Source of the DNA: Gammaproteobacteria bacterium
GTDB lineage: Bacteria > Pseudomonadota > Gammaproteobacteria > SZUA-229
Reading direction: 5' to 3'
NCBI GenBank assembly: GCA_024636785.1
Contig: JAGXGK010000017.1
Span: 42,284 to 106,283 of the forward strand
DNA length: 64,000 nt
Shown here one piece after another: positions 59,361 to 64,000 of the stretch; within the stretch, counting starts at the first letter, position 1; every line of letters begins with the position of its first letter. Under the pieces are notes generated by a model, which was not told the origin of the DNA, ran no database searches, and saw nothing but the letters and a program-made list of their open reading frames with translations. The translations under genes and the position numbers were made by a program.

Positions 59361-60728
59361 TTACAACAGAAACAGTGTTGCCAGCCCCAGAAATGACATG
59401 AAGCCGACAACGTCGGTGGTGGCGATGAGCAGTACGCCCCCGGCGAGTGCAGGGTCGATACCCAAACGCTGCAAGGCTAGCGGCATCAGCGTACCCGCCA
59501 TTGCACCCATAAGCAGATTAATGATTAGTGCGCTGCCAAAGACGATGCCCAGCTGCAAATTATCAAACCACAGCACCACCACAAAAGCCACCACCAGTGC
59601 CCAGAGGATACCGTTGAGCATACTCAGAACCAGTTCTCTGAAGAGCAGATGCCGGGTATTGCTGCGCCCGATCTGGCCGAGTGCAATGCCGCGCGTCACC
59701 AGTGTCAGAGTCTGGTTACCCGCCACGCCGCCCATGCTGGCGACCACCGGCATGAGTATGGCCAAAGCGACCATTTTATCTATCGACTGCTCAAACAGTC
59801 CGATCACCCAGGCGGCAATGAAGGCGTTGACGAGATTAACGCCCAGCCAGATGGCGCGTCGACTCACACTGGGGATGAGGGGACCGAACATGTCGGTGGC
59901 CTTGGTGAGACCGGCCCGGCTCATCACCTCATGCTCCGCCTCTTTGCGCATGACATCGACCACGTCGTCGATGGTGATACGACCCAGTAGCCGCCCCGAA
60001 TCGCTGATCACTGCCGCCGAGATCAGGTCGCGATCTTCGAACAGGCGAGCCACGTTGGTGGCGGGAGTCAGTACCGGAATAGAGGGAACACCTGTGGTCA
60101 TGGCCTCGCTTACTAACATCTCTGAATCCAGTGAGACCACATCACTCAGCCGCAATATGCCCAGGTAGGTATAATCGTCATCAACCACCATGATGCTGTC
60201 CAGATGCTCGGGCAACTGACCTTCGCGGCCGCGCAGCCGTCGCAGATAACGCAGTACAGCCTTAAGATTAACGTCGGCGCGCACCGACGCGGCATCGAGA
60301 TCCATCAGCCCGCCCGCAGTGTCATCCGGATAGGAACGAACCGCCTCATAACGATTGCGCTGATCCACATCCATGCCCTGCTTCATGGCATGCACTACCG
60401 ATTTGGGCAGCGCCGCATCAAGGTCGGCCAACTCATCCATCTCCAGTGTATCGAGCGCGGCCAGCAGCTCCTCTTTGTCACTGGCTTCGATGAGATGTTT
60501 TCTGACCTGACCGTGTGCTTCCAGCAGCACTTCACCGCGGGTGGCATCGGGCAGTTCGTGCCACAGTTCCGGTCTTAGTTCGCGCGGCAGCGCTTCAAGA
60601 ACATCGGCGATCTCCGCCGGATGTAAGCCCGTGATCAACTCGGTCACCGTCTGCCGGGCACCCTCTTCCAGTGCCTTGTGCAGCATCTCCTGATAGTTAG
60701 TCTGTTGTTCACTTTTCTGGGTTGGCAT
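59361..60728 (-). CDS. mgtE: Magnesium transporter MgtE
   Basis: N-domain, tandem CBS domains, 5-TM C-terminal domain; 455 aa. Confidence 0.9.
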   Translation of the reverse strand: MPTQKSEQQTNYQEMLHKALEEGARQTVTELITGLHPAEIADVLEALPRELRPELWHELPDATRGEVLLEAHGQVRKHLIEASDKEELLAALDTLEMDELADLDAALPKSVVHAMKQGMDVDQRNRYEAVRSYPDDTAGGLMDLDAASVRADVNLKAVLRYLRRLRGREGQLPEHLDSIMVVDDDYTYLGILRLSDVVSLDSEMLVSEAMTTGVPSIPVLTPATNVARLFEDRDLISAAVISDSGRLLGRITIDDVVDVMRKEAEHEVMSRAGLTKATDMFGPLIPSVSRRAIWLGVNLVNAFIAAWVIGLFEQSIDKMVALAILMPVVASMGGVAGNQTLTLVTRGIALGQIGRSNTRHLLFRELVLSMLNGILWALVVAFVVVLWFDNLQLGIVFGSALIINLLMGAMAGTLMPLALQRLGIDPALAGGVLLIATTDVVGFMSFLGLATLFLL

Positions 60729-60837
60729 TAGCTGAATCCGGTTAAAACATCAGTTGCAAATTAGCGCGACATTGTATGCAATTGTTATCGCGCTTTCAGA
60801 GTTTTGTAATGTATGTGAAAAAACTTAAAACCTTTTT

Positions 60838-61158
60838 ACCGCAGACAAATTTTTCTGGAAAAAATTTGAACAGCCGCAGGCTGGCCCGAAGGGTGGAGGG
60901 CAGGAAGCCCGAAATAGCCGCGGAGGCGCAGAGAAAAACTTATTTATTCGAATACAAATATTTAATAGTTCTGATATGCATGGCTGCACAAAAATGAACG
61001 ACAGAGTCATACCTAAACCAACTTTGGTTTTCTCTGCGCCTCCGCGGTAAAAGCCTTTGCATTTAACATTTCAACCTCTGCGTTCTCTGCGACCTCTGCG
61101 GTAAAAGCTTTTGATCTAATATACTTCCAGCCTTTGCAACCTCTGCGGTGAAGACTTT
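60838..61158. mobile_element. Composite/nested MITE array (long TIR module + AT-rich core + several CCTCTGCGG arm fragments)
   Basis: Left module 60874-60940 is homologous to 14588-14654. Right arm is TTTGGTTTTCTCTGCGCCTCCGCGG, followed by two extra arm fragments that look like the right TIR of 36601-36748. Confidence 0.5.
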
Positions 61159-61161
61159 TAT

Positions 61162-63156
61162 TTATTCAACAAGCGCATCCGCCCACCAGCTACCGGCCGG
61201 CAACAGTCGCTCCAGCAGTTCGCGGTGTTCGCGGGCGAAGGCTTCGCCGCGTGCCTGGAGTGCCAGTGCCAACACGCAATGCAGATCCAGCGCTTCGCCA
61301 CGAGCGCGGGTGTGTTGATAGTGCACGGCGTAATCGGGCGGCACGCGCAAATTCCAGTTTTCCGGGTCGACAATGCCGGGTCGGTTGTAGATCTCTTCGA
61401 TCCCGAGAAGGTCGGCGAAGAACACCATCACCTGCTCTGCCGGGCTAGCGAAAATATCGGCCAGTTTGGCGTGTACCAGTTTGCGTGGATCATCAGCCAG
61501 CGCCTGCGCGAAAGATTCGCGTCGGGGTTCGGCCACCAGTCGGGCGGCCAGATAGTCGGCCTGTTTGCGCGCCTTTCCATCGGCCCGCCATTCCCGCGCC
61601 AGCCGCCAGATGGAGGGGGTATCGTGATTACCCACCATAATCCAGTCTTCGGGACGGGCGTTCTCGCTGCGGTAAACATCGTCGGGGTTATCCAGATCAG
61701 CCTTCTGCGTTACCCGAAAACGCCCCAGCCCCTGACGTTCGATCGCGCGGGCCAGCGGATACGGCATCGTGCTAAGCACTTCGCAGAGCACATCTTCATG
61801 CGAGCCGCCGTGCTTCTGCACAACATTAACTACGGTATCCATCAGCAGCGCATAACGGTCCACCTGCGCCGATTGCAGGACTCGCACCCGGTCATCGGCG
61901 TAGCGGGGCACATCAGTATTGATCTGATCGACGCGCGTAATGGCGTAGCGTGCCAGCTCGGGGTGATCGGGCAATTCGGGCGAGGAGAACAGCCGCGCGC
62001 CGTTCTGCACAGCGAAATAGGGATCGACAATGTCGTTGCGATAGACCCAGGGGCAGACCAGCCCGTGCGGGTGATCGATGCGCAGGCCGTCGTAACCATT
62101 CTGCATTTTGCTCACCCGCGCCGAGAGAAACTGTAGCGCCGGTCCGGCGGTAGCCTGTTCAGTCAGGTACTGATCGGGATCGAGCACGCCATACCCCCAG
62201 GGCTGGCCGAGCGGATTGGTGCGACTCGGGGGCGCGCCCATGCGATAGCGTTCCAGAAAGTAGCGACTGCGGCTCCAGTTGTCGCACGGCGACAGCCCCA
62301 CCTGTAAGTCGCCGTAGAGCCGCAGCCCCCAGCTATTGACGGTGCTATGCAGCTCGCCGTGCTGGCGGTGCAGCAGGAACTGGCCCAGTTGATAGCGCTC
62401 GATGGCCCGCTGGTGACGCTGCATCAGCGCTGCCCGCCGCGCTTCGCACAGGGAATCCTGCTCGGGGCGTCTCGGGTAGAGATTGAGATCGGTGCACACG
62501 ACATCTTCATTCACCGTCCAGTCAGGGTACTGCCGCCCGCCCTGCTCGGCCGCCAGCGCATGATAAAGCGCATCGGTCTGCAACCAGTCCTGATGCTTTT
62601 TGGCGAACGCCGAAAGCTCGGCGTCCAGCGCAATAGCGACCACATCGCCGTGTTTACGTTTGCGGGCAAAGTTCTGATAAATCTCATTCAGCGCCATGTG
62701 GCAGGCGTCAAAGGCGTAGGTATGATTGCTATACAGACCGTCACTGGCAGGGCATTCCTGCACCAGCCGGTCCAGCGTCTCCCGACTCAGCCAGCCGCCC
62801 TCGACGCCATTCTCTTCGTTGTTGCTCGCCAGCGCGTTTAGATCGAGATTGAGCAGATTGCGGGAAAACAGTGTGCCGTCATAGGGAGAAGGATTATTGC
62901 GCGGCGTCTGCCCCTGCGGCCCGAGCTGGATGCTGTCGAAGCCCAGACTGCGGGCGAATGCCAGAAAGGCCCTGCCGCCCTCATTACAGGGCGAACCCCG
63001 CCCGACATCGCTACCCGGCGCGGCCGGAAAACTGCTGTCATGAATGGCCAGCGCGATACGTCGCTTGCCCAATAGCTTTAAGGCCTCGACCACGGCGGCA
63101 TCGGCCGGAGTGTGAGTGCTTGAGTGATTAGAGTGGTTCGAGTCGGCGCTATTCAT
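61162..63156 (-). CDS. malQ: 4-alpha-glucanotransferase (amylomaltase, GH77)
   Basis: GH77 motifs (LGPQGQTP.., DHPHGL). ATG at 63154-63156 overlaps the treY stop (ATGA). The ORF-track N-extension to 63225 is unlikely. Confidence 0.85.
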   Translation of the reverse strand: MNSADSNHSNHSSTHTPADAAVVEALKLLGKRRIALAIHDSSFPAAPGSDVGRGSPCNEGGRAFLAFARSLGFDSIQLGPQGQTPRNNPSPYDGTLFSRNLLNLDLNALASNNEENGVEGGWLSRETLDRLVQECPASDGLYSNHTYAFDACHMALNEIYQNFARKRKHGDVVAIALDAELSAFAKKHQDWLQTDALYHALAAEQGGRQYPDWTVNEDVVCTDLNLYPRRPEQDSLCEARRAALMQRHQRAIERYQLGQFLLHRQHGELHSTVNSWGLRLYGDLQVGLSPCDNWSRSRYFLERYRMGAPPSRTNPLGQPWGYGVLDPDQYLTEQATAGPALQFLSARVSKMQNGYDGLRIDHPHGLVCPWVYRNDIVDPYFAVQNGARLFSSPELPDHPELARYAITRVDQINTDVPRYADDRVRVLQSAQVDRYALLMDTVVNVVQKHGGSHEDVLCEVLSTMPYPLARAIERQGLGRFRVTQKADLDNPDDVYRSENARPEDWIMVGNHDTPSIWRLAREWRADGKARKQADYLAARLVAEPRRESFAQALADDPRKLVHAKLADIFASPAEQVMVFFADLLGIEEIYNRPGIVDPENWNLRVPPDYAVHYQHTRARGEALDLHCVLALALQARGEAFAREHRELLERLLPAGSWWADALVE

Positions 63157-64000
63157 GCTTTTTCTTCCCCCTGTAATATCGCCACCGGAAAGCGAGCCAG
63201 AATACTGCTCACCGGCAGACTCCACGAATTGATTTCGGCTGCATTTTTGGCCACGTTGCCATTGCCATTGCCGTTTACGGTCACGGTCTCGATCACGGCC
63301 TGCAAGAGCTGACCGGTGAAGCGGTTATACCATTGCGACGCCGGCATCTGGATGGCGGTGTCGCCCCAGATTTCCTCGTCCCACATGCCGGTATCCAGCA
63401 GCTCAGTTTCGGCGGTCAGCTGATAAAGCAGCCGGGGTACGACCACCACCGCCTGTTGCCCGCCATGGCTGCGAGCGAAAGCACAGACATGATCAGCATG
63501 AGTGCCGGTGACAGTGAGCGGCTGGTAGTCGCCGTCGGCAAACAGCGCCGGCTGCTCGCGGCGCAGTTGCAGGCACTGCCAGATCAGGTACAGCTTGGCC
63601 CGGCCATCAGACAGATTTTGCATCAACTCATCAGCCAGTTGCGCCATCGATGGGTTGGCCTCCAGGGTGTCGCGAAGCTGCGCCAGCAGCGCTGCGCGCC
63701 GGGCGTAATCGACCGGGCGGCGGTTATCCGGATCAACAAGACTGAAGTCCCACAGCTCGTTACCCTGATAGATATCGGGCACGCCGGGGGCAGTCAGTTT
63801 GAGCAGGGTCTGGGCCAGACTGTTATACAGACCGAGATGACTAAGCGGCTGCTGAAAGGCGATAAATTCAGTCAGAAACGGGTTCTTGTCTGATTCGTTG
63901 AGCACCGCTTCGACAAAGTCGGTGATTGCATTTTCGTAATCCGGATCTGAATTAATCCACGAGGTAAAGACTTTGGCCTCCTTCACCGCCTTAACCATAT
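63153..64000 (-). CDS. treY: Malto-oligosyltrehalose synthase, C-terminal part (window-truncated)
   Basis: VPDIYQGNELWDFSLVDPDNRRPVDY and downstream TreY C-terminal region. Continues past the window end. Confidence 0.8.
   Translation of the reverse strand, partial: MVKAVKEAKVFTSWINSDPDYENAITDFVEAVLNESDKNPFLTEFIAFQQPLSHLGLYNSLAQTLLKLTAPGVPDIYQGNELWDFSLVDPDNRRPVDYARRAALLAQLRDTLEANPSMAQLADELMQNLSDGRAKLYLIWQCLQLRREQPALFADGDYQPLTVTGTHADHVCAFARSHGGQQAVVVVPRLLYQLTAETELLDTGMWDEEIWGDTAIQMPASQWYNRFTGQLLQAVIETVTVNGNGNGNVAKNAAEINSWSLPVSSILARFPVAILQGEEKA

Noticed and set aside
60729-60840. Possible Mg2+ (M-box) riboswitch in the mgtE leader
   Set aside because: The leader is only about 110 nt (an M-box needs about 160 nt) and shows none of the conserved M-box helices on inspection. 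The region is instead occupied by MITE sequence.
61056-61158. Tandem CCTCTGCGG-containing segments considered as a possible CRISPR array
   Set aside because: Only 2-3 irregular partial repeats with variable length and spacing. There are no cas genes. The units are arms of the MITE family.
63156-63225. N-terminal 23-codon extension of malQ overlapping treY
   Set aside because: An internal ATG at 63154-63156 gives the classic ATGA stop/start overlap with treY. The extension (MESAGEQYSGSLSGGDITGGRKS) is low complexity.

Overview
This is a 64-kb chromosomal segment of a proteobacterium (probably a gammaproteobacterium), about 55% GC, mostly gene-dense core DNA with accessory and stress-response loci embedded in it and heavy signs of decay.

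Read left to right, the window holds:
- a partial purL, followed by a tmRNA gene (ssrA, tag ANDDNYALAA) with a hipBA toxin-antitoxin pair directly 3' of it and no integrase;
- rlmI and a two-subunit GMC flavoprotein oxidoreductase whose small subunit carries a Tat signal;
- an arsenic/organoarsenical cluster: arsR, a frameshifted arsC, acr3, an arsP-like permease, a rhodanese, an AhpD-like protein and a thioredoxin-like protein both with Cys-rich tails, a YiiD_C thioesterase and an OsmC-like gene;
- a decayed czcD (in-frame deletion plus an amber codon) and an RND gene fragment beside an intact czcCBA heavy-metal efflux operon, then ynfA;
- a phosphoketolase (xfp) and acetate kinase (ackA) operon, a transaldolase, and a complete Na+-type N-ATPase operon (atpDCQ..RBEFAG) with a CPA-family cation/proton antiporter gene inserted between atpQ and atpR;
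- an ECF sigma factor, a 57-aa anti-sigma factor missing from the ORF track, a DoxX/HvfX protein and an HvfA-type EGKCG-repeat RiPP metallophore precursor, with no MNIO maturase (HvfB) or HvfC nearby;
- sodB, a DsrC/TusE homologue lacking both Cys, a P-type ATPase, a PRC-barrel protein, a patatin, FixLJ-like and FixK-like regulators, tpx, mgtC and mgtE, and malQ with a partial treY.

Seven TTGAT-N4-ATCAA (FNR/FixK-type) boxes lie upstream of transaldolase, atpD, the fixL-type kinase gene and several small-protein genes, which suggests a local microaerobic regulon. At least four families of MITE- or REP-like inverted-repeat elements are scattered through the intergenic regions. Together with several pseudogenes (arsC, czcD, the RND fragment, DUF502), they point to ongoing gene decay.
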